DNA of 40,987 bases from Spirochaeta sp. (GTDB lineage Bacteria > Spirochaetota > Spirochaetia > DSM-27196 > Alkalispirochaetaceae): positions 1-40,987 of the forward strand of contig SKHA01000205.1 in assembly GCA_007117185.1 (NCBI GenBank). The letters are read 5' to 3'. Numbering within the stretch: the first letter of the stretch is position 1; each line of letters opens with the position of its first letter. The translations under genes and the position numbers were made by a program. The notes beneath the pieces are model-generated. The model had not been told where the DNA came from, searched no databases, and saw only the letters and a program-made list of their open reading frames with translations. Below are positions 1 through 9,382 of this stretch, piece by piece.

Positions 1-2
1 CT

Positions 3-350
3 CCGGACGACAGCGTCTGGGTGCTTCAGGAGATGCCCCCCTTTGGAGAAATCCTGAGTCAGTACCGTTACGTCAGCACCGGGGATGCCTTCCTCTTCTC
101 CAGCAGCAACGTAGACAGCCTGGTATACCGGGGGATGCGGGTGGCCCGGCCCGGCCAGACCTTCTCCTACATCCTGGTTATCTTCGGCGACGACTACCTG
201 GTGACCTACGGGATCGGTGGCGTCCGGGCGTTCACCATGTTTGGTCTTCTGGATGACCGCATCGAGGGCGCCTTCGGCGGTCGAACAGATGGGCTCTTTA
301 ACTGGTACCACCGGGAGTATCTGGAACCCCTGGAGCAGTCTGGACGCTGA
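3..350 (+). CDS. Hypothetical protein, 5'-truncated (C-terminal part; possibly spirochaetal DUF6675-like)
   Basis: Frame is open from the window edge (PDDSVWVLQEM...) to TGA at 348-350, with coding-like GC3. The C-terminus ...GAFGGRTDGLFNWY recalls DUF6675 proteins (from memory, weak). Confidence 0.6.
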   Translation, partial: PDDSVWVLQEMPPFGEILSQYRYVSTGDAFLFSSSNVDSLVYRGMRVARPGQTFSYILVIFGDDYLVTYGIGGVRAFTMFGLLDDRIEGAFGGRTDGLFNWYHREYLEPLEQSGR

Positions 351-362
351 ACGCCCCAACTC

Positions 363-391
363 TTGACCCCTCCCGCTCGGGGGGGTATCTT
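363..391 (+). promoter_or_regulatory. Sigma-70-type promoter of lysA (leaderless)
   Basis: TTGACC (363-368), 17 bp, TATCTT (386-391). ATG at 399 lies 7 nt downstream with no SD. Confidence 0.65.
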
Positions 392-398
392 CCCGCCC

Positions 399-1655
399 AT
401 GAATAACGTGCCCTTTGACAAGACCTTCATCGAAGGGGTGACTGCTGAGCACCCCACCCCGTTTCATATTTACGACGAAGCGGGAATCCGCAGCCACGCC
501 CGGCGCTTCATCGGTGCGTTCGACTGGGTCCCGAACGCCAACGGGAGTGCAGGGGGGTTTCTCAACTACTACGCTGTAAAAGCCCTTCCCAACCCCCACA
601 TCCTGCAAATTGTTCACGAAGAGGGCATGGGGTTCGACTGCAGCAGCTTCACCGAGCTCGTCCTCATGGAGAAGATGGGCATCTCCGGCGAGCAGATCAT
701 CTTCACCTCCAACGCCACCCCTGCGTACGAGTACGCCAAGGCACGGGAGCTGGGGGCGATCATCAACCTCGACGATCTGACCCACGTGGACTATCTTGCC
801 CGGGAGGTGGGCATGCCCGATCTCATCTGCCTGCGGTATAACCCCGGCCCCCTCAAAGAGGGCAACGTGATCATCGGCAACCCTGAGGAGGCCAAGTACG
901 GCTTTACCCGGGAACAGCTTTTTGAGGGGTACCGAAAGGCCCGGGACCACGGGGCCACCCGTTTCGGCCTGCACACCATGGTTGCCTCCAACGAGCTCAA
1001 CCCGGAGTACTTCGTCGAGACCGCGCAGATTCTCTTCGATCTGGTGGTGGAGCTGAAGGAACGCCTGGGTATACGCATCGAGTTTGTCAACCTGGGCGGC
1101 GGAATCGGAATCCCCTACCGCCCCGAGCAGGTGGCGGTGGACTACCAGATCGTTTCTGCCGGGATCAGAAGCGCGTATGAATCAACGATCCGTCCGGCGG
1201 GGCTGGACCCCCTGCGGGTGGTGATGGAGAACGGCCGGGTGGTCACCGGTCCCTACGGGTGGCTGGTGGCGTCGGTGGTGCACCGCAAGGATATCTACAA
1301 GCACTACCTGGGGCTGGACGGCAACATGGCTCACCTGATGCGCCCGGGTATGTACGGCGCCTACCATCACATCACCGTCCTGGGCAAGGAAGACCAGGCG
1401 GCGACGCACCTGTACGACGTCACCGGCAGCCTCTGCGAGAACAACGACAAGTTTGCTATCGACCGTTCCCTGCCGCCGGTTGAGGTCGGCGATATCCTGG
1501 CGATCCACGACACCGGCGCCCACGGCCACTCCATGGGGTTCAATTACAACGGCAAGCCCCGCTGCGCGGAGTTGCTGCTGCAGGAGGATCGCACGGTGAA
1601 GATGATCCGTCGCGCCGAGACAACTGAGGATCTGTTACAGACCATTATCTGGTAG
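399..1655 (+). CDS. lysA: Diaminopimelate decarboxylase
   Basis: PTPFHIYD; YAVKALPN with PLP lysine; NLGGGIGI; ENGR; GSLCENND; HDTGAHG.SMGFNYN. Start placed at ATG 399 rather than TTG 363. Confidence 0.93.
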   Translation: MNNVPFDKTFIEGVTAEHPTPFHIYDEAGIRSHARRFIGAFDWVPNANGSAGGFLNYYAVKALPNPHILQIVHEEGMGFDCSSFTELVLMEKMGISGEQIIFTSNATPAYEYAKARELGAIINLDDLTHVDYLAREVGMPDLICLRYNPGPLKEGNVIIGNPEEAKYGFTREQLFEGYRKARDHGATRFGLHTMVASNELNPEYFVETAQILFDLVVELKERLGIRIEFVNLGGGIGIPYRPEQVAVDYQIVSAGIRSAYESTIRPAGLDPLRVVMENGRVVTGPYGWLVASVVHRKDIYKHYLGLDGNMAHLMRPGMYGAYHHITVLGKEDQAATHLYDVTGSLCENNDKFAIDRSLPPVEVGDILAIHDTGAHGHSMGFNYNGKPRCAELLLQEDRTVKMIRRAETTEDLLQTIIW

Positions 1656-1693
1656 CCGCCGGAGCGATACCCGGGGCAATAAAAAACGGTGTG

Positions 1694-2182
1694 CTATTGC
1701 GCGGCGTATGAACGCCGGAGCACACCGTTGAACGCGCTGCAGACCTTGGTCTGCACCTCCTCCTGACAAAGACACGAAAGCAGATCCTTGCGGAAGATCT
1801 CGTTCCGCGCCAGCGTTGCCAGTGAGGAGAGAATCCTCAGGTAGTCGATCTGGCGGTCCGGGTGGCTGGCAACGATAAAGAGCAGGTGAACCGGCAGCCC
1901 GTCGAAGGAGTCGTATTCCAGCCCCGTCCGTGAGACCCCCAGAGCAACCTCGCTGGTGGGAACCTGTACGGTGCGGCCATGGGCGATGGCGATCCCCCGA
2001 CCGAAGCCGGTGGACTGCTCTTTCTCGCGCTGGACAACCGAAGTGGTGAACTCCTGCAGGTCGAGGTTGGGGATAGTGCGGAAGATCGTAGTGCGGCGAA
2101 TCGTTTCGCGAATCGCGTCGAACTTGTCAACGCTCTGAAGGTCCCACACCACGCTTCCCGGCGAAAAAAAACCGGTATCCAT
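1694..2182 (-). CDS. PTS IIA domain protein (Fru/Ntr family)
   Basis: REKEQSTGFGRGIAIAHG (phospho-His motif), FDGLPVHLLF, YLRILSSLA. SD-like GAGGT/AAGG upstream. Confidence 0.88.
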   Translation of the reverse strand: MDTGFFSPGSVVWDLQSVDKFDAIRETIRRTTIFRTIPNLDLQEFTTSVVQREKEQSTGFGRGIAIAHGRTVQVPTSEVALGVSRTGLEYDSFDGLPVHLLFIVASHPDRQIDYLRILSSLATLARNEIFRKDLLSCLCQEEVQTKVCSAFNGVLRRSYAAQ

Positions 2183-2199
2183 ACTGCCTTACCTCACCA

Positions 2200-2228
2200 T
2201 TGATAACGTTTGCACGTGACAGTGTCAA
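2200..2228 (-). promoter_or_regulatory. Sigma-70-type promoter of PTS IIA gene
   Basis: Minus strand TTGACA (2228-2223), 17 bp, TATCAA (2205-2200). Confidence 0.55.
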
Positions 2229-2230
2229 GC

Positions 2231-2250
2231 GCACCGGAATAATCCGGTGC
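2231..2250. other. Perfect 8-bp inverted repeat (terminator-like hairpin or operator)
   Basis: GCACCGGA-ATAA-TCCGGTGC lies between the thioesterase stop and the PTS IIA -35. No U-tract on the minus strand. Confidence 0.45.
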
Positions 2251-2288
2251 TTCCCTTCTTTGAGTATCGGCATGGTCTGCGGGGGCGA

Positions 2289-3035
2289 TTACAAAACGGT
2301 GAACCGGCAGGCACAGCGGGGGCTCTCCGGGTCCACGTATACTTCGGCCTGCTGTGCCTCTGCATCTGCTTCCCCGACCACCACGGTGTATTGTTCTCCC
2401 GCACGGGTTTCCGCGGTGAAGGTGAGGACAAGGGTTCTCCCGCCTGCGGCGGTGAGGTGTGGTGCGGCGTCCCGCAGCCATTGAGCGTACCGGGTGTTGT
2501 TGACGTGTTCATTCCGGTCGGTATCACTGGGACGGACGAGGTTCCAGCGTCGCTGTGGGTCCCCCAGGGCGGCGCTCACCGTCTTGTCCGGGAGGGCAGG
2601 CAGGCGGCCCAGGGGCATCTCCAGGGGTACCCCCGGGGAGGTCCACTCTTGTGACAGGTAACGCTGCGGAGGTACCGGTCGGCTGGTGGCGCCACCGGCC
2701 CCGGCGCTCAGAATGAGCCACGCCGAGGACGCTTCTGCCACCAGCTCGGCGCCCACGTGGACCTGGTATTCCCGCATAGCGTAGAGCTTCTCGATTCTGC
2801 TGGGCCAGGTGGTGACGCGGACCGTCTCGTCCCACCGGGGAAAGCGGATGGCCCGCACGCCCAGGCGGTGCAGCGCCCAGAACACGGCGCTCTCCTCGCT
2901 GGTGAAGTCCACCCCGTAGCTTCGGGCGTGCTGCCACGCCGCCTCCTGAAAGATCCCCGCCAGCCCGTCCAGGCCGACGGTATCATCGGGGCCGCAGAGA
3001 AAACTGGGAATGGTCAGCTCGTAGATATACTCCAT
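2289..3035 (-). CDS. Acyl-ACP thioesterase (double hotdog fold)
   Basis: FQEAAWQHA, PRWDETVRVTTWP, REY, and the catalytic region VRPSDTDRNEHVNNTRY. Real start is ATG 3035; the ORF-track extension overlaps the GH13 gene. Confidence 0.85.
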   Translation of the reverse strand: MEYIYELTIPSFLCGPDDTVGLDGLAGIFQEAAWQHARSYGVDFTSEESAVFWALHRLGVRAIRFPRWDETVRVTTWPSRIEKLYAMREYQVHVGAELVAEASSAWLILSAGAGGATSRPVPPQRYLSQEWTSPGVPLEMPLGRLPALPDKTVSAALGDPQRRWNLVRPSDTDRNEHVNNTRYAQWLRDAAPHLTAAGGRTLVLTFTAETRAGEQYTVVVGEADAEAQQAEVYVDPESPRCACRFTVL

Positions 3036-3043
3036 CCCGGGGC

Positions 3044-6000
3044 TCAGCGCTTCTTCGGCTTCGGTTCTTTCGACTTCGGTTCTTTCGACTTCGGTTTCTT
3101 CACCGCCGGCTCCTTGGGTGATGAAGCGTTCCCCACCGAACCCTTCGGTGGCGGCGTCTCCAGCGCGTCCAGCAGGCGGTCCACCCGGTACCCGCTGCGC
3201 TCCCGGGCATCCTGCCAGTGCCCGTACACCGCCGCCATCGCTGCCGTCTCCACGGTGATCTGCTTCCAGCCGATTCGCGTCCCCGCGGCCACCGCCGCGG
3301 TGAGCTCGTGCCATGCACCGAGCACCAGCAGCCAGTCCGTCAGCAGCTCGAACCGTTCCTTGTTGAACCATGTGGCTCCGTTGTGATGGTGGATCTGAAG
3401 GAACCTCTCAACCACCGGATCGGCCAGGAGTGTTTCCATGACCACCCGGGGGGCGTCGCCGCTCTCGCTGCCGGCGGAGTAGCGCCACCAGTTGTGATGG
3501 GCCAGAGTCACCTGCACCAGCTGTTGCCAGTACACCGGCAGCTCTCCCGAGGGTTGAATCTGCTCCAGCACGGTGTGAAGCGTCTCGATGAGCTGCCACT
3601 CTCCCGCCTGGTCCAGCCCGGAGAAGCCTGTCAGTTCCGGGCTGATCTCGTCCTCACCATTGATGAACACGTCCAGGGGTAACAGCAGCGCCAGGGCGAG
3701 GAACAGCGACGCGTCCTCCCTCTCCGCTTCCAGATGGGAAGCTACCAGGGCGCCTACGGTGTCATCGGCGCGCTTCACCAGCTGGGCCATCCGGTCCAGG
3801 GCCTCGCCGTTGTGCTGAAAGAGGGCCACCGCGTCTTCCAGCCGGGTGGTATGTTCGCAGAACTGCGCGGCGATCCCCAGGAAGGTGCGGTACTGACCCG
3901 CCAGCTCCTCCCAGTTGATCGGGGATGCCCCCTGTACCAGCGACTGAAAGACCGTCCGCATCATTCCCGTATTGGCCAGCACGCTGAACGCATCGTGCAG
4001 CGGCTGCAGCAGCAGGCGTTTCAGCGCACGGTCGATGTCTACGGTACCGGCGCCGTGGAGGTGGTCCGCCAGCCGGGCATAGTGGGAGTAACGGTTATCC
4101 TCAACCTCGTACATGTTCAGGAATACCTGACTCTCGTAGCCGTCCAGTTGCAGAAACAGCCCCCGCTCGGCCATCTCCCCGCAGTTGCGGATGAACCACA
4201 GCCCGCTGCGCTGCTCCTGAAAGATGAGGAAGTGGCGCCACGAGGCGGTCAGCCCCATCGCGGCTACCAGTTGCTGGGTGTGTTGGGTCCGCTCCTCGTC
4301 ACCGTGGATCACGTAGGGCGAGGATGTGTGAATCCACCCGGCGGCGCGTTCCCAGTAGTTGTTGTACAACACCAGGGCGCGTTCGTCGTGGTGACGGTTG
4401 GAATAGACGTAGACGTTTTCCTGAATTGATCCCTCAGCGCTGTAGACGTCGAAAAGCCGGAACTTTTCCGCGTCGGCAAAGAGGTAGCGCTTGTGCATCA
4501 GCGGGAAGAGCTCCCGCTGGTGCCGGGCGATGAGCTCCTGGTTGGGTTCCTCGTTCCAGTAGGCTTTGCGGTACTCCATGCCGTACTTCTCGGCGTAGCC
4601 CTCAATCTGGCCGTGGCCGAACATGGGCAGCCCCGGCATCGTGACCATCAGGGTGGCCACCCCGAAGTATTTGTCTCCCGTGCCGAACTGGGCCACCGCA
4701 GTATCCTCGTCGGGGTTGTTCATGAAGTTGACAAACCGCTTGAGAACCTCCGGGTCGTACTCCAGAGTGTTCTTCACCGTCTGGCGGTATTTGTCGTTCT
4801 CCTCGTTCTTGAGCATGTTCATGAACGCGCTGTTGTAGACCCGGTGCATCCCCAGGGTACGAACGAAGTAGCTCTCCATCATCCAGAACGCCTCTGCCAG
4901 AAGCAGCGTGTCCGGAACCTCCGCGGCAACCCGGTCCACCACCTCCCGCCAGAACTCCACCGGCAGCGCCTGGTCAAACTGGGCGTGGGTCAGCCCGTGT
5001 TCCGCCCGGGAGGGGATATCGCCACCCTGCCCCGGCGCGGGGTACCACAGGCGCTGAACGTGCTTCTTGGCCAGGGTCATCGCCGCGTCAAAGCGGATGA
5101 TCGGGAAGTTTCGCGCCACGTGCAGGATCGTCTGGATCACCGTCTCCCGGACCTCCTGCTGCAGGTAGTCCAGCTGGGCGGTGTCGTTCCAGGGCATGCT
5201 GGTGCCGTCGTTGCCGTGATAGATGTACCGTTCTTCTCCGGTGTGGAAGTTGACCCGCTTGAAGACAACTGCCGCGTCGCTGCGGTCGTAGTAGTGATCT
5301 TCCAGGTAAATACCCACTCCATCGACGGTACTGAGGTTTTCGCCGTTGAAGGTGTACCCCGGAAAGGGCGGGTGAGGCAGGCCGATGAACCATTCGGGAT
5401 GCTCGTGCACCCACCGCGAGTCGATACCGGTATGGTTGGGTACCATATCGCTGGCGATGCGGATGCCCCGCTGCCACAGCCGTCGTCGCAGGTTGTCCAG
5501 GGCGTTCCACCCGCCCAGCTCGCCGGCGATGTCGTAGTCGTGCAGGGAGTACGCGCTGGCTTCCGCCTCAGGGTTGCCGCAGAGGTTCTTGATTCGTCGC
5601 GACGCCGAGGATCGCTGCCACAGGCCGATGAGCCACAGCCCGTTGAACCCCTGCTGCGCCAGCCGGTCCAGCTCCTCGTCGGGGATCCCGTCGAGGGTGA
5701 GGATCTCCCGCTTGTACTGCCTGGAGAGCTGGTCCAGCCAGACCAGGGTGCTCTTGGCCATGATCACCGCCCGGGGCATCCATTCCTGGTCGGGGCTGAA
5801 CCGGGCGTAATCCTCGGCGTCATCCCCGTAGTCCGAACCGAATCGCGCCCCGAACTCCAGGACGTGCGTATCCCCGGGGCCGAAGAAACGGTTTTTCCGC
5901 TCCTCTCCCAGGACGTCGATGGAGCGCAGGATCCGGTCCAGGAAGGAGCCGATCAGGGTACCCCAGTGGCGGCGGATGTAATCGAGCTGGGCGTGAAGAT

Positions 6001-6685
6001 CTTCAGGATGGGCAATAGCCGGCGCGCGGAGCAGCTCTACCAGCGTCTGGTCTTCAGAACCGAACGACGGCTGTTTCGCGAAAAAGGCCTCCATCACCGA
6101 GGCAAAGCGCCGGTACGCGGTGTCCTCCGCCAGTACCTGCTCATCGAAGAGCTCCAGAACGGGGTAGTACGCGTGGTTGCGGTTTCCCACCCATAGAACG
6201 ATCAGCTCTTCCAGGGCGATCTCCCGACCGGGGATACTGTCTACGGTACGCTCCAGGGTTTCCTGGGGGGTTTCCTGACCGTTGTAACACGCCACCGTGG
6301 GAAAACGCTGCGCGAACGTAAGCAGCAGCCGTTCCAGCTCTTTGGCACCCAGTTCCCGGGAGAGAATCTGTATCAGCTCCCGTATCACCGAACGACCGTA
6401 CTGCTGCAGGTAGAGGTTGATGACGTAGTGCATCACCTCATCAATAAGTCCCATCGCGTAGACGTCGCCGGGGCGTACCGCGCGATCCGGATGGACCGCG
6501 CTGCGCCGTACCGTATTGATCCGCAGGGCAAACTCCCGTGCCGCCCGAACCTCCGCAAAAAGGACGTGACCCTGAACGGAGAACCCCCCTTCCGCAAACT
6601 GATAGGTATCCCGAGCGCCGCGATAGACGTGAAACTCCCGCGGGGGGCCCGGTACTGCTGTGGTCAGGTTGTGTCGGTCTCTCAT
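3044..6685 (-). CDS. Large alpha-amylase family (GH13) glycosyl hydrolase
   Basis: GH13 regions DMVPNH, IIRFDAAM (nucleophile), LLAEAFW (acid/base), FMNNPDE, TMPGLPMFGHGQ. SD AAAGGA upstream. Confidence 0.88.
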   Translation of the reverse strand: MRDRHNLTTAVPGPPREFHVYRGARDTYQFAEGGFSVQGHVLFAEVRAAREFALRINTVRRSAVHPDRAVRPGDVYAMGLIDEVMHYVINLYLQQYGRSVIRELIQILSRELGAKELERLLLTFAQRFPTVACYNGQETPQETLERTVDSIPGREIALEELIVLWVGNRNHAYYPVLELFDEQVLAEDTAYRRFASVMEAFFAKQPSFGSEDQTLVELLRAPAIAHPEDLHAQLDYIRRHWGTLIGSFLDRILRSIDVLGEERKNRFFGPGDTHVLEFGARFGSDYGDDAEDYARFSPDQEWMPRAVIMAKSTLVWLDQLSRQYKREILTLDGIPDEELDRLAQQGFNGLWLIGLWQRSSASRRIKNLCGNPEAEASAYSLHDYDIAGELGGWNALDNLRRRLWQRGIRIASDMVPNHTGIDSRWVHEHPEWFIGLPHPPFPGYTFNGENLSTVDGVGIYLEDHYYDRSDAAVVFKRVNFHTGEERYIYHGNDGTSMPWNDTAQLDYLQQEVRETVIQTILHVARNFPIIRFDAAMTLAKKHVQRLWYPAPGQGGDIPSRAEHGLTHAQFDQALPVEFWREVVDRVAAEVPDTLLLAEAFWMMESYFVRTLGMHRVYNSAFMNMLKNEENDKYRQTVKNTLEYDPEVLKRFVNFMNNPDEDTAVAQFGTGDKYFGVATLMVTMPGLPMFGHGQIEGYAEKYGMEYRKAYWNEEPNQELIARHQRELFPLMHKRYLFADAEKFRLFDVYSAEGSIQENVYVYSNRHHDERALVLYNNYWERAAGWIHTSSPYVIHGDEERTQHTQQLVAAMGLTASWRHFLIFQEQRSGLWFIRNCGEMAERGLFLQLDGYESQVFLNMYEVEDNRYSHYARLADHLHGAGTVDIDRALKRLLLQPLHDAFSVLANTGMMRTVFQSLVQGASPINWEELAGQYRTFLGIAAQFCEHTTRLEDAVALFQHNGEALDRMAQLVKRADDTVGALVASHLEAEREDASLFLALALLLPLDVFINGEDEISPELTGFSGLDQAGEWQLIETLHTVLEQIQPSGELPVYWQQLVQVTLAHHNWWRYSAGSESGDAPRVVMETLLADPVVERFLQIHHHNGATWFNKERFELLTDWLLVLGAWHELTAAVAAGTRIGWKQITVETAAMAAVYGHWQDARERSGYRVDRLLDALETPPPKGSVGNASSPKEPAVKKPKSKEPKSKEPKPKKR
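3059..3096. repeat. 15-bp tandem repeat encoding (SKEPK)n tail of GH13 protein
   Basis: CTTCGGTTCTTTCGA x2 plus a partial copy. Protein ends KKPKSKEPKSKEPKPKKR. Confidence 0.8.
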
Positions 6686-6696
6686 GTTCAGTCCTT

Positions 6697-8691
6697 TCAG
6701 TTTCGCAGCTTCACCAGCTCCTGTATCGCCGCAGTCAACGGTGTGGTGCCGTTCAGCGTCTCCAGGGGTATGGGCATGCGCCAGGTCCAGTTGAAGCTGT
6801 TCGCCGTGCCCGGTACATTGACCCGCTCCTGCGCTGGCTCGGTCCGGGGAAGATCAGGGTCCAGAACCAGAAGGTCCTGAAGCTGAAATACCACGATCCG
6901 GCTACCGCAGCGCATCAAGGCACCGTACACCCTGCGGGCGGTCTCGCTGTCGAACACCTGCGGGCACGGTCCATCCTGCCCCGCCAGCTCCCAGAGTATC
7001 TCCCGTCCCGCTTCCCCTTCCCACCAGCCGCGCATGGTGGATGTGTCGTGAACGCTGGGCGCGCAGACGCTCATGGCCGGATACTCTCCCAGAGGGATCG
7101 CCGGCTCACCCGGCCTGTCCCAGTAATGGCTCCAGCGGGGAATCATCAGCCCCAGAGCACCGAGTTCCTTCATCACCCGCGGTACTGCCTCGGGAATCAC
7201 CCCCAGGTCCTCCGCGCAGGTGAGCATCTCGGTGGTCTCCATCATGAACTGCAGCAGGGTGCGGCCGTGGCCTGCCCACAGTTCGTTGCTGGAACTCTGA
7301 TGGCGTGCGGCGATCTCCTCCAGCCGTTCCTTCTCTCCCTGTGAGAGCGTCTGGAATCGCCAGCACTCACGGAACGTCCATGTCGTGGCCAGGCGACCGT
7401 CCGGCAGATCCAGGAACACCCGGTCGCGATACTGATCCAGCAGCCAGTCCCGCAGCGTCTCCGGCGAACCCTGGGGCAGGGCGATCTCCGACAGGTCATT
7501 CTCACCGCAAATCTCCGGTGCGAAGAGAAACAGGTCCTCCCCGCCGATTCTTCGCAGCACCGCACCCTCCAAAGACTCTACCTGGACGTCCGGTCCCAGG
7601 GCTTCCCGGAGCTGGTCACCCCGAATGTGGGGTTCTTTGAGCCAGCGCAGCCGCTCCTGGTCGAATCCCGCTTCCAGCAGCTCATCCCGGGAGATCCCGT
7701 CCTGAGGCCAGAAGAACCCCGGCAGGCCGGTGCTGTTCCCCCGGGGGATCGCCCAGATTCTGAAGAACCCCAGAACGTGGTCGATACGGTACGCGTGATA
7801 GTACCGCGCCGCCTGGCGCAGCCGCTGTCGCCACCACTGGTAGTTTTCCTCTTCAAGGTTCTGCCAGTTATAGACCGGGAACCCCCAGTTCTGTCCCAAC
7901 CGGCTGAACATATCCGGAGGAGCGCCCGCCTGCAGCTCCCGACGGAATACCTCCGGGCGGTACCACACGTCGGCGCTGTCCTCATTCATGAGGATGGGAA
8001 TGTCCCCCTTCAGGGCCACCCCAAGCTTTGAGACTTCCGCGGCAGCCTGGGAAAACTGCCCGGCCAGCCGCAGCTGCAGCCACTGGTAGAACCTGGTGGC
8101 GTGCTGGAGCTCCGGTGTATTCCACAGCGTCTCTACCAGCGCCTGGTCCGCTTCCTGGTGTTTGCTCCAGTGCATCCACGCCCGCTGCTCCTGCCGGTCT
8201 TTCAGCGTCCGGAACACCGCGTACGCCTTGACCCAGGGGTTCTCCTCCAGGAAACGATCCATCTCCCCGACGAGAGAGGGTGTCCCTGCCGGCAGCGCTG
8301 CGTGGATCGTCCGCAGGATGTTCAGTTTGCCCGTGTTGACCTCATCGTAGCTGAATCGCGGGCGTCCTGCCTGGGTGCTGCGCAACGTGTTCAGCGCCAG
8401 CTGGACGTCCCGCTTCACCGTGTCATCGATCAACGTCAGCTCCGGCAGCGCGTCAATACGCAGATACATCGGATGAAGGGCGCAGGCGCTGATCGCCGAG
8501 TAGGGCGAGCTGTCGCCACCGCTGTCGTTCACCGGCAGCAGCTGAATGATCTTCAGCCCCGCCGAGGCGCACCACCCTGCCAGTGCCGGCAGATCGGCAA
8601 ACTCACCGCACCCGGTGCTGTGCTCGCTGCGAAGCGCTGCCAGAGGAACCAGGAGACCGGCGATGCGCGTGTCCGAATGAGGATACTTCAC
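6697..8691 (-). CDS. malQ: 4-alpha-glucanotransferase (amylomaltase, GH77)
   Basis: G.GEFADL, IQLLPVND, SPYSAIS, LKGDIPI, GAPPDMFS..GQNWGFP, YRIDHVLGFFRIW, CAEDLG, SVHDTST, ERVNVPGT, NWTWRM. Start GTG 8691 inferred from promoter position. Confidence 0.93.
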   Translation of the reverse strand: MKYPHSDTRIAGLLVPLAALRSEHSTGCGEFADLPALAGWCASAGLKIIQLLPVNDSGGDSSPYSAISACALHPMYLRIDALPELTLIDDTVKRDVQLALNTLRSTQAGRPRFSYDEVNTGKLNILRTIHAALPAGTPSLVGEMDRFLEENPWVKAYAVFRTLKDRQEQRAWMHWSKHQEADQALVETLWNTPELQHATRFYQWLQLRLAGQFSQAAAEVSKLGVALKGDIPILMNEDSADVWYRPEVFRRELQAGAPPDMFSRLGQNWGFPVYNWQNLEEENYQWWRQRLRQAARYYHAYRIDHVLGFFRIWAIPRGNSTGLPGFFWPQDGISRDELLEAGFDQERLRWLKEPHIRGDQLREALGPDVQVESLEGAVLRRIGGEDLFLFAPEICGENDLSEIALPQGSPETLRDWLLDQYRDRVFLDLPDGRLATTWTFRECWRFQTLSQGEKERLEEIAARHQSSSNELWAGHGRTLLQFMMETTEMLTCAEDLGVIPEAVPRVMKELGALGLMIPRWSHYWDRPGEPAIPLGEYPAMSVCAPSVHDTSTMRGWWEGEAGREILWELAGQDGPCPQVFDSETARRVYGALMRCGSRIVVFQLQDLLVLDPDLPRTEPAQERVNVPGTANSFNWTWRMPIPLETLNGTTPLTAAIQELVKLRN

Positions 8692-8698
8692 GTGTTCA

Positions 8699-8727
8699 AG
8701 TATACGGGAGAATCCAGCCGGTCGCAA
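8699..8727 (-). promoter_or_regulatory. Sigma-70-type promoter of malQ (leaderless)
   Basis: TTGCGA (8727-8722), 17 bp, TATACT (8704-8699), 7 nt, GTG. Confidence 0.65.
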
Positions 8728-9318
8728 TCAAAGGTCGTTCAGACGATCTCTCAGGCGGGCGGCTTCCTCATAATTCTCCGCATCCACCGCGCGTTCCAGT
8801 TCCCGTTCCAGCCGGGAGCGCAGATCCAGGGGCGGATCGGCGTTACCCACCGGGACGGTCTGGGCCGGTTCATCGGGGATACCGCTCTCTCCGGTGAAGG
8901 TCATCTCTTCCTCGCTGATGAGGTTCACCGCTACTCCCGCCTCATCAACGATCGACTCGGCAATGAAGACGGGGCAGTGAATGCGCGAGGCGATACCCAG
9001 GCTGTCCGAGGGCCGCGCGTCGATCACCACCCGCTTGAGCCCGTGTTTCATCAGGATACGGGAGTAGAACGTCCGATCTTTGAGGTCGGTGATTTCCACC
9101 CGTTCAATTGAGATGCTGGTCTTCTCCAGCAGCGAGATGAACAGGTCGTGGGTCATGGGGCGAGGTACCGGAACTCCCACCAGACCGAAGAGGATGGATT
9201 GCGCCTCCAGCTGACCGATGAAGATGGGCACGGCGCGGTCACTGCCCACCGGCTTCACCAGGACCGCGTTTCCCTTTTCGGTGCGTGCAACTGTCCAGAT
9301 CTCCGCTTCGACGAGCAT
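8728..9318 (-). CDS. Bifunctional nuclease family protein (DUF151) with C-terminal UVR domain
   Basis: VPIFIGQLEAQSI, PRPMTHDL, IDARPSDSLGIA, and the UVR motif AVDAENYEEAARLRDRL. Confidence 0.92.
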   Translation of the reverse strand: MLVEAEIWTVARTEKGNAVLVKPVGSDRAVPIFIGQLEAQSILFGLVGVPVPRPMTHDLFISLLEKTSISIERVEITDLKDRTFYSRILMKHGLKRVVIDARPSDSLGIASRIHCPVFIAESIVDEAGVAVNLISEEEMTFTGESGIPDEPAQTVPVGNADPPLDLRSRLERELERAVDAENYEEAARLRDRLNDL

Positions 9319-9327
9319 TATGGGGTA

Positions 9328-9356
9328 ATAGTACCGCGAAATCGGGGAATTTTCAA
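9328..9356 (-). promoter_or_regulatory. Sigma-70-type promoter of DUF151 gene (near-leaderless)
   Basis: TTGAAA (9356-9351), 17 bp, TACTAT (9333-9328), 9 nt, ATG. No SD. Confidence 0.6.
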
Positions 9357-9382
9357 TGCGGAAGGGGCACCGCCCTTCACAT

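Noticed and set aside
351-398. Lysine riboswitch upstream of lysA
   Set aside because: Only 48 bp of intergenic space, filled by the promoter.
1656-1690. Hairpin plus A-tract between lysA and PTS IIA as an intrinsic terminator
   Set aside because: The stem is imperfect and the A-run is on the wrong side to give a U-tract after the hairpin on either strand.
2206-2228. Sigma-54 promoter for the PTS IIA gene
   Set aside because: Lacks the invariant GG and the GG-N10-GC spacing; fits sigma-70 better.
4493-6196. 567-aa plus-strand ORF, and similar long ORFs at 24109-26292, 35632-37185, 19338-20462 and 13870-14895
   Set aside because: Antisense shadows of well-supported genes in high-GC3 DNA, with no recognisable motifs.
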